The notes under the pieces were generated by a model that was not told the origin of the DNA, made no database searches, and saw only the letters and a program-made list of their open reading frames with translations. This document shows, piece after piece, positions 19,977 to 29,206 of a DNA stretch of 32,000 nucleotides (position 1 is the stretch's first letter; the number at the start of each line of letters is the position of its first letter). The position numbers were made by a program, and so were the translations under genes. The stretch is taken from contig CP091279.1 in assembly GCA_021650915.1 (NCBI GenBank), forward strand, positions 390,001 through 422,000, in the 5' to 3' direction. This DNA comes from Candidatus Brocadia sp. GTDB taxonomy: Bacteria; Planctomycetota; Brocadiia; Brocadiales; Brocadiaceae.

Positions 19977-22031
19977 ATGAATATTGAAAAAATGAGAAAT
20001 TTCGGTATCGCAGCGCATATTGATGCCGGTAAAACAACTACTTCAGAGCGAATTCTTTATTATACGGGCAAATCATATAAAATGGGAGAAGTCCATGAAG
20101 GTACAGCAGTTATGGATTGGATGGAGGAGGAGCAGAAACGCGGAATTACCATTACCGCTGCGGCAACCACCTGTTCATGGAACGATTATCATATTAATTT
20201 AATTGACACGCCAGGTCATGTGGATTTTACCATAGAGGTTGAACGCTCCCTTCGCGTTCTTGATGGTGCTATATGTGTTTTCTGCGGAGTTGGAGGGGTG
20301 GAGGCTCAGTCTGAGACGGTTTGGCGTCAAGCTGACAGGTATCACGTGCCTAGGATATGTTTTGTAAATAAAATGGACCGCATTGGAGCGGATTTCAATA
20401 AAGTGGTTGGTGAAGTTAACGAGCGGCTGGGAATGAAGGCGATCCCCATTCAGTTGCCATTAGGGCGAGAGCAGGACTTCAAGGGTGTTATTGATTTGGT
20501 TAGTATGAAGGCAATGATTTACTCGGACGATGTTGACAAATTGGGGGTGAATTTTTCAGTTGAGGAGATTCCTGAGAATTATAGGAAAGAATCTCTTGCA
20601 CAACGTGAGAAGATGATCGAGGGAGTAGCAGAACAAGTTGATTGGCTTACTGAAAAATTTTTAAACGGAGAAACAATAACAAACGATGAAATAAAAAAAG
20701 CCATCAGGGAAGGAACGATCAACTTAAAGCTTGTGCCAGTAATGTGTGGTTCTGCTTTTAAGAAAAAAGGGGTCCAACTACTTCTTGACGCAGTTTGTGA
20801 CTATCTGCCTTCTCCGCTTGACAGGAAATCAATCGTTGGTACGAACCCGTATACTGATGAAGAAGTATTGAGAAAACCACTCCCCAATGAACCATTCAGT
20901 GCCTTGGCCTTTAAGATAGCTTCAGATAAACACGGTGATTTAACGTTTATCAGGGTTTATTCAGGAACAGTAAATGCTGGTGCGCGGGTAATTAATTCGG
21001 GAAAAGACAAAAAAGAGCTGGTCAGTCGTATTTATAAAATGCATGCAAATACAAGAGAACAGGTAGAGTCTCTCTCTGCTGGTGACATTGGAGCGGTGGT
21101 TGGTTTGAAATATACTGTTACCGGTGACACCTTATGTGATGCTGACCAGCCAATCGTACTTGAGAAAATGGAATTTCCCGATACCGTGATATCCATGGCA
21201 ATTGAACCAAAAACTGATGCAGAAAAGGAAAAATTGGGAGTCGCTTTATCAAAGCTGGCAAAAGAAGACCCGACATTTAAAGTTCGCATGGATAAGGAAA
21301 CGGGACAAATGATTATTTCTGGGATGGGCGAATTGCACCTGGAAGTAATTAAGAACCGAATGCTGAGTGAATATAAGGTAGATGCCAATGTGGGCGCACC
21401 AAAGGTATCTTATCGGGAAACGATTGGGAAAAAGGTAGAAGTTGAGGGTAAATTTATTCAGCAGACAGGCGGTCACGGTCAGTATGGACACGTTTGGATT
21501 ACCTTGGAGCCTTTTAAAGGCGAAGAACCGGTGAGTTTTGAGGATGCGATTGTGGGGGGGAAAATTCCAAAGCAGTATGTCCGGTCGGTGGAAAAGGGAA
21601 TCAAGGAAACGGCTGCAACTGGTGTGGCTGGTGGCTATTCATTAATTGATATAAAAGTCACACTGACTGATGGATCAACGCACCCGGTAGATTCGTCTGA
21701 TTTAGCATTTTACACGGCTGCAAGCATTGCACTGCGAAAAGGTGTGGAGATGGCAAAGTCGATATTACTAGAACCCATCATGTCTTTAGAAATTGTAGTT
21801 CCGGAACAGTATATGGGAGATGTGATAAGCGAGATCCACAGTCGCAGGGCGAATATCATTGAAATGGGCACACGGGGAACTTTAAGAATTATCAAGGGAG
21901 ATGTTCCGCTTGCAGAAATGTTCGGGTACTCGACGGTATTGCGATCGATTACTCAAGGCAGGGGTACATTTACCATGGAACCGTTAGAATATAGACCGGC
22001 GCCTGCTAAGGTTTTCAGTAGTGTGGCATAA
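19977..22031 (+). CDS. fusA: Translation elongation factor G
   Basis: 684 aa; [33 protein letters not shown] and NKMDR G-motifs, in str-operon context. Confidence 0.97.
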   Translation: MNIEKMRNFGIAAHIDAGKTTTSERILYYTGKSYKMGEVHEGTAVMDWMEEEQKRGITITAAATTCSWNDYHINLIDTPGHVDFTIEVERSLRVLDGAICVFCGVGGVEAQSETVWRQADRYHVPRICFVNKMDRIGADFNKVVGEVNERLGMKAIPIQLPLGREQDFKGVIDLVSMKAMIYSDDVDKLGVNFSVEEIPENYRKESLAQREKMIEGVAEQVDWLTEKFLNGETITNDEIKKAIREGTINLKLVPVMCGSAFKKKGVQLLLDAVCDYLPSPLDRKSIVGTNPYTDEEVLRKPLPNEPFSALAFKIASDKHGDLTFIRVYSGTVNAGARVINSGKDKKELVSRIYKMHANTREQVESLSAGDIGAVVGLKYTVTGDTLCDADQPIVLEKMEFPDTVISMAIEPKTDAEKEKLGVALSKLAKEDPTFKVRMDKETGQMIISGMGELHLEVIKNRMLSEYKVDANVGAPKVSYRETIGKKVEVEGKFIQQTGGHGQYGHVWITLEPFKGEEPVSFEDAIVGGKIPKQYVRSVEKGIKETAATGVAGGYSLIDIKVTLTDGSTHPVDSSDLAFYTAASIALRKGVEMAKSILLEPIMSLEIVVPEQYMGDVISEIHSRRANIIEMGTRGTLRIIKGDVPLAEMFGYSTVLRSITQGRGTFTMEPLEYRPAPAKVFSSVA

Positions 22032-22060
22032 CGTTTCTTCAAAACAATCGGAGGTTTAAG

Positions 22061-23270
22061 CGATGGGTAAAGAGGTATTTAAGCGAACGAAGCCGCATGT
22101 GAATGTGGGAACGATAGGGCATGTGGATCATGGTAAGACGACGTTGACGGCGGTAATAACGCATGTATTGGCGAAGCAGGGGTTGGCAAAGGAGAGGCCG
22201 TACGATTCGATAGACAAGGCGCCGGAGGAGAGGGAGAGAGGGATAACGATAGCGATATCCCATGTGGAGTATGAGACGCAGAAGAGGCATTATGCGCATG
22301 TTGATTGTCCTGGTCATGCGGATTATGTGAAGAACATGATAACGGGGGCTGCGCAGATGGACGGTGCGATATTGGTGGTGAGTGCGCCGGATGGTCCGAT
22401 GCCGCAGACGCGGGAGCATATACTTTTGGCGAGGCAGGTTGGTGTGCCGAGGATTGTGGTGTTTATGAACAAGGTGGATATGCTTGAAGACAAGGAGTTG
22501 CTGGATTTGGTGGAGATGGAGGTAAGGGAGTTGTTGAGCAAGTATAATTTTCCTGGTGACGAGATACCGGTGGTGAGGGGTTCTGCGCTTAAGGCGAATG
22601 AGTGTGGGTGTGGTAGTGCGACGTGCGCGAATTGCGGGCCGATATTGAAGTTGATGGAGGCAGTGGACGCGTATATACCTGATCCGGTGAGGGAGATAGA
22701 CAAGCCGTTTTTGATGTCGGTGGAAGATGTGTTTAGTATTAAGGGTCGTGGCACGGTAGGGACGGGCAGGGTGGAGCGCGGTCGTGTGAAAGTGGGTGAA
22801 GAGGTGGATATCGTTGGGATCAAGCCGGATGTGAAGAAGTCGGTGGTGACTGGGGTGGAGATGTTTAATAAGACGCTGGATGAGGGTCAGGCTGGCGATA
22901 ATCTTGGGGTATTGTTGAGGGGTGTGGAGAAGGAGGATCTGGAGCGCGGTCAGGTGTTGGCAAAGCCTGGGAGTATAACGCCGCACAAGAAGTATGAGGC
23001 GGAGGCGTATATTCTGACGAAGGAAGAGGGTGGTAGGCATACGCCGTTCTTTAATGGGTATCGGCCGCAGTTTTACTTCAGGACGACGGATGTGACGGGT
23101 GTGGTGAGTTTGACGGGTGGGGCGGAGATGGTGATGCCCGGTGATAATGTGAAGGTGAATGTTGAGTTGTTAACGGCGGTGGCGATGGATGAGGGGTTGA
23201 GGTTCGCCATTCGGGAAGGCGGAAAGACGGTTGGCGCTGGAGTCGTTACAAAAATTATTGAATAAAAACA
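22061..23270 (+). repeat. Copy 2 of the 1210-bp apparently perfect direct repeat
   Basis: See copy 1. The offset between copies is 15818 nt, and both are on the plus strand. Confidence 0.9.
22063..23265 (+). CDS. tuf: Translation elongation factor Tu (copy 2, tufA-like context after fusA)
   Basis: The 400-aa protein is identical to copy 1. SD ggagg lies 8 nt upstream. Confidence 0.98.
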   Translation: MGKEVFKRTKPHVNVGTIGHVDHGKTTLTAVITHVLAKQGLAKERPYDSIDKAPEERERGITIAISHVEYETQKRHYAHVDCPGHADYVKNMITGAAQMDGAILVVSAPDGPMPQTREHILLARQVGVPRIVVFMNKVDMLEDKELLDLVEMEVRELLSKYNFPGDEIPVVRGSALKANECGCGSATCANCGPILKLMEAVDAYIPDPVREIDKPFLMSVEDVFSIKGRGTVGTGRVERGRVKVGEEVDIVGIKPDVKKSVVTGVEMFNKTLDEGQAGDNLGVLLRGVEKEDLERGQVLAKPGSITPHKKYEAEAYILTKEEGGRHTPFFNGYRPQFYFRTTDVTGVVSLTGGAEMVMPGDNVKVNVELLTAVAMDEGLRFAIREGGKTVGAGVVTKIIE

Positions 23271-23279
23271 ATTTTAATG

Positions 23280-23307
23280 TTGACTTTACGAAAATGCATG
23301 ATAGGAT
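23280..23307 (+). promoter_or_regulatory. Weak candidate promoter / S10-operon leader region
   Basis: TTGACT (23280-23285), a 16-nt spacer, then TAGGAT (23302-23307), within the 87-nt gap between tuf and rpsJ. The -10 element is poor. Confidence 0.25.
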
Positions 23308-23352
23308 AGTTCCTTTTTGCAATAAGTTTATCGTTTTATTTAACGGAGTAAT

Positions 23353-23664
23353 ATGGTGCTGGATCAGAAAATAAGAATACGCATGGAGGCATACGATCAC
23401 AGGATATTAGATCAATCGTCATTGGAGGTCGTGGAAACGGCGAAACGTACCGGGGCAAAGGTGTTTGGTCCTGTTCCTTTACCGACGCGTATTGAAAGAT
23501 ATACCGTGCTGAGATCACCGCATGTTGACAAAAAATCCAGGGAACAGTTTGAAATACGAACGCATAAAAGATTAATTGATATTTTCGAGCCTACGGCAAA
23601 GACCATGGATGCGTTAAACAAGATAAATATGCCGGCGGGTATAGAGATTAAGATAAAAGCTTAA
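23353..23664 (+). CDS. rpsJ: 30S ribosomal protein S10
   Basis: 103 aa; [18 protein letters not shown] and [25 protein letters not shown] are typical of S10. Confidence 0.97.
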   Translation: MVLDQKIRIRMEAYDHRILDQSSLEVVETAKRTGAKVFGPVPLPTRIERYTVLRSPHVDKKSREQFEIRTHKRLIDIFEPTAKTMDALNKINMPAGIEIKIKA

Positions 23665-23689
23665 ATTTTAATAGTTGAGGTGGTTACAG

Positions 23690-24331
23690 ATGTTGAATGG
23701 TTTTCTCGGCAAAAAAATTGGAATGACTCAGATCTATTCAGACGATGGTGCATTGTTGCCGGTTACGCTGATTCAGGCTGGACCGTGCAGTGTAATGCAG
23801 ATTAAAACAGTTGAAAATGATGGATATTCTGCTGTTCAACTGGGATTTGACGACAGAAAAAAGAAGCATGCAACAAAATCAGAAATTGGACATGGAGCGA
23901 AGACGTCTTTGGAGCCGAAAAGATTTGTCCGCGAAATACGATCTGAAGCGAGTGCTGATGTCAAATTGGGGCAGCGTATTGGCGTGGACATATTTCAGGA
24001 CGTCAAAACGATCAATGTGATCGGTATAACTAAGGGAAAGGGTTATGCTGGCGTCATGAAACGGTGGAATTTCAAAGGCGGTCTTAACACTCATGGATCT
24101 ACACGGCATCGTCCCCCTGGTTCGATTGGTTCTAATACCGATCCTGGGAGAGTAATACGCGGTAAGAAAATGGCAGGGAGATTAGGTGGCGAACGCGTTA
24201 CGATAAAGAATATTGATATAATTAAAATAGACGCGGAAAGAAATCTGCTGTTTGTGAAAGGTGCAGTGCCCGGGCATAAGGGAAGTTATCTTATATTAAA
24301 TAAAGTAAAGACGGGGAAGGTCGGTAAATAA
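23690..24331 (+). CDS. rplC: 50S ribosomal protein L3
   Basis: ATG 23690 (MLNGFLGKKIGMTQIY) follows SD gaggtgg and matches the usual L3 N-terminus. The track start at 23675 adds 5 unlikely codons. Confidence 0.96.
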   Translation: MLNGFLGKKIGMTQIYSDDGALLPVTLIQAGPCSVMQIKTVENDGYSAVQLGFDDRKKKHATKSEIGHGAKTSLEPKRFVREIRSEASADVKLGQRIGVDIFQDVKTINVIGITKGKGYAGVMKRWNFKGGLNTHGSTRHRPPGSIGSNTDPGRVIRGKKMAGRLGGERVTIKNIDIIKIDAERNLLFVKGAVPGHKGSYLILNKVKTGKVGK

Positions 24332-24336
24332 AAGTC

Positions 24337-24948
24337 ATGGAAATACCGGTATACAACAAACAAGGTGAAAAGATAGATCGCATACAACTCGACGAAAAAA
24401 AATTTGGTGCACCTATTCGTACTACGCTGTTGCGAGATGTCGTTATCATGTATGAAGCAAATATGAGGCAAGGAACAGCCTCAACAAAGACAAAGGCAGA
24501 AGTGGCGGGTGGAGGAAAGAAACCGTGGGTTCAAAAGCATACCGGAAGGGCTAGAGCTGGGAGTATTAGATCTCCCCTTTGGAAGGGGGGGGGGGTTGCG
24601 TTTGGTCCAAAACCAAGAGATTATTCTTATACGGTTCCCAAAAAAGCGAAGAAATCTGCACTTTACTCTGCTGTGGCGTTACGGGCACGGGATAACGAAT
24701 TGATTGTAGTTGATACTATTCAATTCGATATACCCAAAACCAAACAAATGATGGACACCTTAAGAGTGCTTGGCCTCTATGGAGAAAGTTGTCTGATTGT
24801 GATACCGCAAAAGGATGAAAACGTTTGGAAATCAGCGCGGAATATTCCGTGCGTGAAAGTTATGACGAGTTCGGCGCTGAATGCCTATGAAATTCTTAAG
24901 CCGAAAAAAATACTGCTAACGCGAGACGCTTTAGAAAAAATACAATAG
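24337..24948 (+). CDS. rplD: 50S ribosomal protein L4
   Basis: 203 aa; KPWVQKHTGRARAGSIRSPLWKGGGVAFGPKPRDY is the L4 core. Confidence 0.96.
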   Translation: MEIPVYNKQGEKIDRIQLDEKKFGAPIRTTLLRDVVIMYEANMRQGTASTKTKAEVAGGGKKPWVQKHTGRARAGSIRSPLWKGGGVAFGPKPRDYSYTVPKKAKKSALYSAVALRARDNELIVVDTIQFDIPKTKQMMDTLRVLGLYGESCLIVIPQKDENVWKSARNIPCVKVMTSSALNAYEILKPKKILLTRDALEKIQ

Positions 24949-24961
24949 GAGTTGTTCACTA

Positions 24962-25243
24962 ATGGATGCATATCACATTATTAAAAGACCTTTACGCACA
25001 GAGAAGAGTGTTGCTGACGGTGCGAGGACAAATTCTTATCATTTTGAAGTTGATTTAAAGGCTAATAAAATTCAGATTAAGGAAGCAGTGGAAAAATTTT
25101 TTAATGTTAAAGTTGCGGATGTGAGAACACTGGTCAAGAAAGGGAAGCAGAGAAGGGTAAGATTTAAAATTGGCAGAACGAAGGATTGGAAGAAGGCAAT
25201 TGTGACCCTTAAAGAAGGAAATGCAATCGATCTTGGTTATTAG
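24962..25243 (+). CDS. rplW: 50S ribosomal protein L23
   Basis: 93 aa; IIKRPLRTEKS... and WKKAIVTLKEG are typical of L23. Confidence 0.95.
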   Translation: MDAYHIIKRPLRTEKSVADGARTNSYHFEVDLKANKIQIKEAVEKFFNVKVADVRTLVKKGKQRRVRFKIGRTKDWKKAIVTLKEGNAIDLGY

Positions 25244-25277
25244 TGACCAGGTTAATTTAAGAAAAAAGGAATAACAT

Positions 25278-26123
25278 ATGGGTATTGTTTTTTACAAACC
25301 AGTGACAGCCGGAAGAAGATTTGCGAGTGTTTCTGACTTTTCTGAAATTACTAAAAAGAAGCCGGAAAAATCGTTATTGGAACCTAAGAAAAAAACCGGT
25401 GGCAGAAACACGGAAGGCAAAATAACGGCCGAACACATTGGTGGTGGAAGCAGGCGTCATTATAGAATTATCGATTTTAAACGGAAAAAAGATAATATCC
25501 CTGCAAAGGTTGCTGGTATAGAATATGATCCGAATCGGTCTGCACGTATAGCGCTTCTGCATTATGCTGATGGTGAAAAACGATATATTCTTGCCCCAGA
25601 TAATCTGCGAGTTGGCCAGATGTTAATGTCGGGAGAAAAAGTAGAGCCGGAAGTTGGTAATTGTATGCCGCTTAAAAGTATTCCTTTGGGTTTAGAGATT
25701 CACAACATCGAGATGCGTGTTGGCCAGGGTGGTCAGTTAGTTCGTTCCGCTGGTGGAACGGCAAAGCTTATGGCGAAGGAAGGGAATTACGCACACATTG
25801 TTCTTCCGTCAGGCGAAGTAAGAAAAATCTTTTACGGTTGCAGAGCTACCATTGGAAAGATTGGAAATGCGGAACATAGTAATGTACGATTGGGAAAGGC
25901 TGGCAGGAAGAGGTGGAAAGGGAGAAGGCCTCATGTTCGAGGTGTCGCTCAAAATCCGGTAGCGCATCCATTAGGTGGTGGAGAAGGAAGAAGCGGCGGC
26001 GGAAGACATCCGTGTTCAAGGACTGGTCTGCTGGCTAAGGGCGGTAAAACGAGAAAAAAGAAATCGTTAAGTAATAAGTTTATTATTCGTAGAAGAAGGA
26101 TTGGTGCGAGGGGTAATCGGTAA
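25278..26123 (+). CDS. rplB: 50S ribosomal protein L2
   Basis: 281 aa; [37 protein letters not shown], and [16 protein letters not shown]. Confidence 0.97.
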   Translation: MGIVFYKPVTAGRRFASVSDFSEITKKKPEKSLLEPKKKTGGRNTEGKITAEHIGGGSRRHYRIIDFKRKKDNIPAKVAGIEYDPNRSARIALLHYADGEKRYILAPDNLRVGQMLMSGEKVEPEVGNCMPLKSIPLGLEIHNIEMRVGQGGQLVRSAGGTAKLMAKEGNYAHIVLPSGEVRKIFYGCRATIGKIGNAEHSNVRLGKAGRKRWKGRRPHVRGVAQNPVAHPLGGGEGRSGGGRHPCSRTGLLAKGGKTRKKKSLSNKFIIRRRRIGARGNR

Positions 26124-26156
26124 TTGTGAATTTAACGGTACTACGCAGGAGATACT

Positions 26157-26441
26157 ATGAGTCGTTCAGTAAAAAAAGGACCATATCTTGACAGCAAATT
26201 AATGAAAAAGGTGCTCAAACAAAAGGAGTCTGGTGGAAATGAACCGATAAAGACGTGGTCTCGAAGTTGTACAATCGCGCCGGAATTTGTATCTCACACC
26301 TTTATGATTCACAACGGCAAAATATTTCAAAAGCTTTTTGTTACCGACGACATGGTTGGTCATAAGCTTGGTGAGTTTGCTCAGACAAGGATTTTTAGAG
26401 CGCATGGCGGTGTGAAAAAGAAGGAAACGCCTCATGGTTAA
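26157..26441 (+). CDS. rpsS: 30S ribosomal protein S19
   Basis: 94 aa; MSRSVKKGPYLD and HNGKIFQKLFVTDDMVGHKLGEFAQTR. Confidence 0.96.
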   Translation: MSRSVKKGPYLDSKLMKKVLKQKESGGNEPIKTWSRSCTIAPEFVSHTFMIHNGKIFQKLFVTDDMVGHKLGEFAQTRIFRAHGGVKKKETPHG

Positions 26442-26485
26442 TAGTGGGTTTTGTCCGTTATTTGATTGTTGCACGGAAAGGTATT

Positions 26486-26824
26486 ATGGCAATGGAATTC
26501 AGATCCAGTTATAGATATGCAAGAATATCGCCGCGAAAGGCGCGTTACGTTATCGATCTTGTCCGCGGGAAATCGGTAAATGACGCGTTAAGGATTTTGA
26601 GAGTAACTCATAAGCGGTCGTCTTATATGATCGATAAAGTGATAAGGGCAGCAATAGCCGCTGCAAGTGAAAATTTGAATGTAGATATTGATTCTCTTTA
26701 TGTTGCGCAGGCGCTTGTAGACGCTGGACCAACGAGAAGATGGCAACGTACCAGACCACGCGGTATGTCCGCCCGTATTTTAAAACGCACCAGTCACATT
26801 ACGGTTGTGTTGTCTGAAAAATAA
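26486..26824 (+). CDS. rplV: 50S ribosomal protein L22
   Basis: YRYARISPRKARYVIDLVRGKSVNDALRILR is the L22 N-terminal motif. ATG 26486 (MAMEF...) is preferred over the track's upstream alternative start at 26444. Confidence 0.93.
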   Translation: MAMEFRSSYRYARISPRKARYVIDLVRGKSVNDALRILRVTHKRSSYMIDKVIRAAIAAASENLNVDIDSLYVAQALVDAGPTRRWQRTRPRGMSARILKRTSHITVVLSEK

Positions 26825-26861
26825 ATGAAAATACAGATTTAAGGATAAGTAAGGAGATAAA

Positions 26862-27560
26862 ATGGGTCAAAAGGTTTGCCCTATAGGTTTGCGTTTAGGT
26901 ATTACCCAAGGGTGGAAATCCATTTGGTATGCAGATAAAAAAGACTTTGGCGCGCTGCTTGTTGAAGACCAAAAGATACGTAAAATAATAAAAAAAAGTT
27001 ATGGCTTTGCTGGCATTCCGTGCATAGCAATCGAAAGAACACGTCAAGATGCAAAGATAACTCTTCATACGGCGCGTCCTGGTTTGATTATTGGCAGGAA
27101 GGGCGCAGAGGTTGATAAGTTAAAAGATGAAATCCAAAGATTTATTGGCCGTGAGGTTGTCATAAAGATAAAAGAAATTACCAGGCCTGAATTGTATGCG
27201 CAGCTTGTTGCGGAGAATATTGCTGAACAGTTGGAGAAGCGGGCTGCCTTTCGAAGAGCGATGAAAAAGGCGATGGACTCATCAGTAGATGCGGGTGCAA
27301 AAGGAGTCAAGATGCAGGTTGCAGGCAGGCTGGGTGGAGCTGAAATCGCCAGGACTGAAAAAATGTCATTTGGCAGCGTTCCTTTGCACACATTACGAGC
27401 TGATGTTGATTATGGCTTTGCAGAGGCAAAAACTACCTACGGGGTAATTGGGATAAAAGTGTGGATTTATAAAGGTTTGATAAGTTCGGAAAAGGAGATG
27501 AAGTATGCGTCTGATGCCAAAGAGGGTGAAGTTCAGGAAGTCCCAAAGGCAGAAAATTAA
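26862..27560 (+). CDS. rpsC: 30S ribosomal protein S3 (with acidic C-terminal tail)
   Basis: 232 aa; [18 protein letters not shown], a KH domain, and [14 protein letters not shown] taaggag is upstream. Confidence 0.96.
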   Translation: MGQKVCPIGLRLGITQGWKSIWYADKKDFGALLVEDQKIRKIIKKSYGFAGIPCIAIERTRQDAKITLHTARPGLIIGRKGAEVDKLKDEIQRFIGREVVIKIKEITRPELYAQLVAENIAEQLEKRAAFRRAMKKAMDSSVDAGAKGVKMQVAGRLGGAEIARTEKMSFGSVPLHTLRADVDYGFAEAKTTYGVIGIKVWIYKGLISSEKEMKYASDAKEGEVQEVPKAEN

Positions 27561-27924
27561 GGGGAATGCGACCAGATGCAATACGGTTGCCTTTGGTGAG
27601 TTTGGTTTGCAATCTTTGGAGCCAGGCTGGATAACTGCGCAGCAACTTGAAGCAGGAAGGGTGTCCGCATCACAGTATCTTCCAAGAGAGGGGCAGTTGA
27701 CAATACGAGTTTTTCCTCATAAGTCTGTTTCCTCAAAGCCAATAGAAACCCGTATGGGTAAAGGAAAGGGTGAGCCTGAGTTTTGGGTTGCCGTGGTAAA
27801 ACCGGGTACGATGCTTTATGAACTTGGTGGCGTTAATGAGGAGATCGCCAGACAAACGTTTAACAGAATTGCTCATAAAATGCCTGTGAAAGTAAGGCTC
27901 GTGCAGAGGAGAAAAACAATTTGA
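27505..27924 (+). CDS. rplP: 50S ribosomal protein L16
   Basis: [12 protein letters not shown]... and [24 protein letters not shown] are L16 signatures. SD aaaggag (27491-27497) lies 7 nt upstream. The start is inside the 3' end of rpsC. The alternative ATG at 27514 still overlaps. Confidence 0.93.
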   Translation: MRLMPKRVKFRKSQRQKIKGNATRCNTVAFGEFGLQSLEPGWITAQQLEAGRVSASQYLPREGQLTIRVFPHKSVSSKPIETRMGKGKGEPEFWVAVVKPGTMLYELGGVNEEIARQTFNRIAHKMPVKVRLVQRRKTI

Positions 27925-28148
27925 AACCTATTGAAATACGAAGCAAATCGAAGCAAGAAATATTGGATGAAATTGATGCTAGCAGACGTTCATTGCTAAA
28001 TATGCAGTTTCAGTGGTTGGCCGGCGAAACGAGAAATCCGGCGCAGAGAAGAGATATTAAAAAGAGCATTGCGCGTTTAAAAACGGTTATGAGAGAAATG
28101 GAATTAGGAATACAACCTAAATCTCAAGGTGAAGGAGTTGGCAAGTAA
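27921..28148 (+). CDS. rpmC: 50S ribosomal protein L29
   Basis: 75 aa with a TTG start that overlaps the rplP stop. The L29-like helical N-terminus is IEIRSKSKQEILDEIDASRRSLLNMQFQ. Confidence 0.9.
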   Translation: MKPIEIRSKSKQEILDEIDASRRSLLNMQFQWLAGETRNPAQRRDIKKSIARLKTVMREMELGIQPKSQGEGVGK

Positions 28149-28417
28149 TGGATACGGATAATGTGAGAGTTAGAAGAAGGAAGGTTGTAGGAATGGTAAT
28201 TGGCGATAAGATGCAGAAGACCATTGTCGTAGAAGTGACGCGTATGATAAGACATTCGAGATATGGTAAGTATATAAAAAGGTCAATAATTTACAAAGCG
28301 CACGATGAGAACAGACAGGCAAAGGTTGGCGACAAAGTGGAGATCATTGAAACAAGGCCATTGAGCAAAACAAAATTTACAAGATTAGTTCGCATCGTTG
28401 AAAAAGCAAACCGTTAG
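28148..28417 (+). CDS. rpsQ: 30S ribosomal protein S17
   Basis: 89 aa; VGMVIGDKMQKTIVVEVTRMIRHSRYGKYIKRS and VGDKVEIIETRPLSKTK. The ATG overlaps the rpmC stop (TAATG). Confidence 0.95.
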   Translation: MDTDNVRVRRRKVVGMVIGDKMQKTIVVEVTRMIRHSRYGKYIKRSIIYKAHDENRQAKVGDKVEIIETRPLSKTKFTRLVRIVEKANR

Positions 28418-28437
28418 GGAAGAAGTGGAGTTTTTGA

Positions 28438-28806
28438 ATGATAATGGAGCAAACAAAACTTGATATTGCAGATAACAGTGGCGCAAAAAGAGCAACATGC
28501 ATCAAGGTGCTTGGCGGAACAAGCAGAAAGTATGCAACGGTAGGGGATATAATCGTTGCGGCAGTAAAGAAGGCGATTCCTGATGGAGTGGTAAAAAAAG
28601 GTGATGTTGTAAAGGGAGTTGTTGTTCGTACCAAAAAGAATATTCGGAGAGACGACGGGTCGTATTTAAAATTCGATAAGAATGCTATTGTCATCATTGA
28701 TAATGACGGCAACCCTAAAGGAACTCGCATTTTTGGTGCAGTTGCAAGAGAACTTCGTCAAAAAAATTTTATGAAGATAATATCTCTGGCTGCGGAAGTA
28801 GTTTAG
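28438..28806 (+). CDS. rplN: 50S ribosomal protein L14
   Basis: 122 aa; [18 protein letters not shown]...[12 protein letters not shown] is the L14 pattern. Confidence 0.96.
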   Translation: MIMEQTKLDIADNSGAKRATCIKVLGGTSRKYATVGDIIVAAVKKAIPDGVVKKGDVVKGVVVRTKKNIRRDDGSYLKFDKNAIVIIDNDGNPKGTRIFGAVARELRQKNFMKIISLAAEVV

Positions 28807-28852
28807 GATGGTTTCAGATAAAAGAAAGTGATGGAAATTTCTGGAGATGACT

Positions 28853-29188
28853 ATGCATGTTCGCATGAATGATCTAGTGGCAGTGATGGCTGGTAATGAG
28901 GCTGGAAAAACCGGGAAAGTGATCAGGGTTTTGACAGATAAGAAACGGGTTATGATAAAAGGGGTTAACTTAGTTTATAAGCATTCAAAACCAAGCCAAA
29001 AGAATCCTCAGGGAGGAAGAATAGAAAAAGAAGCTTCTATCGCTATAGCAAACGTATTGCCGGTATGTCAGAATAAAAGTTGTAAAAAGGGTAATAAGGG
29101 GGTACGAACGAGAAAGAAGATTCTGGAAAATGGCGCTAAACTACGTGTGTGTGCATATTGTGATTCTGAAATAATGGCGACTGAATGA
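28853..29188 (+). CDS. rplX: 50S ribosomal protein L24 (four-Cys C-terminal variant)
   Basis: It has the KOW motif NDLVAVMAGNEAGKTGKV and GGRIEKEASI. ATG 28853 has SD ggaga 5 nt upstream, whereas the track's ATG 28847 has none. The C-terminus carries Cx4C...CxxC. Confidence 0.93.
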   Translation: MHVRMNDLVAVMAGNEAGKTGKVIRVLTDKKRVMIKGVNLVYKHSKPSQKNPQGGRIEKEASIAIANVLPVCQNKSCKKGNKGVRTRKKILENGAKLRVCAYCDSEIMATE

Positions 29189-29206
29189 GGTTTTAGGACT
29201 TAAGAT

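Noticed and set aside
24509-24703. 64-aa alternative-frame ORF crossing the G11 tract in rplD, considered as a programmed frameshift product
   Set aside because: The zero-frame L4 is full length and conserved on both sides of the tract, and the alternative frame has no recognisable sequence. Only the homopolymer itself is noted.
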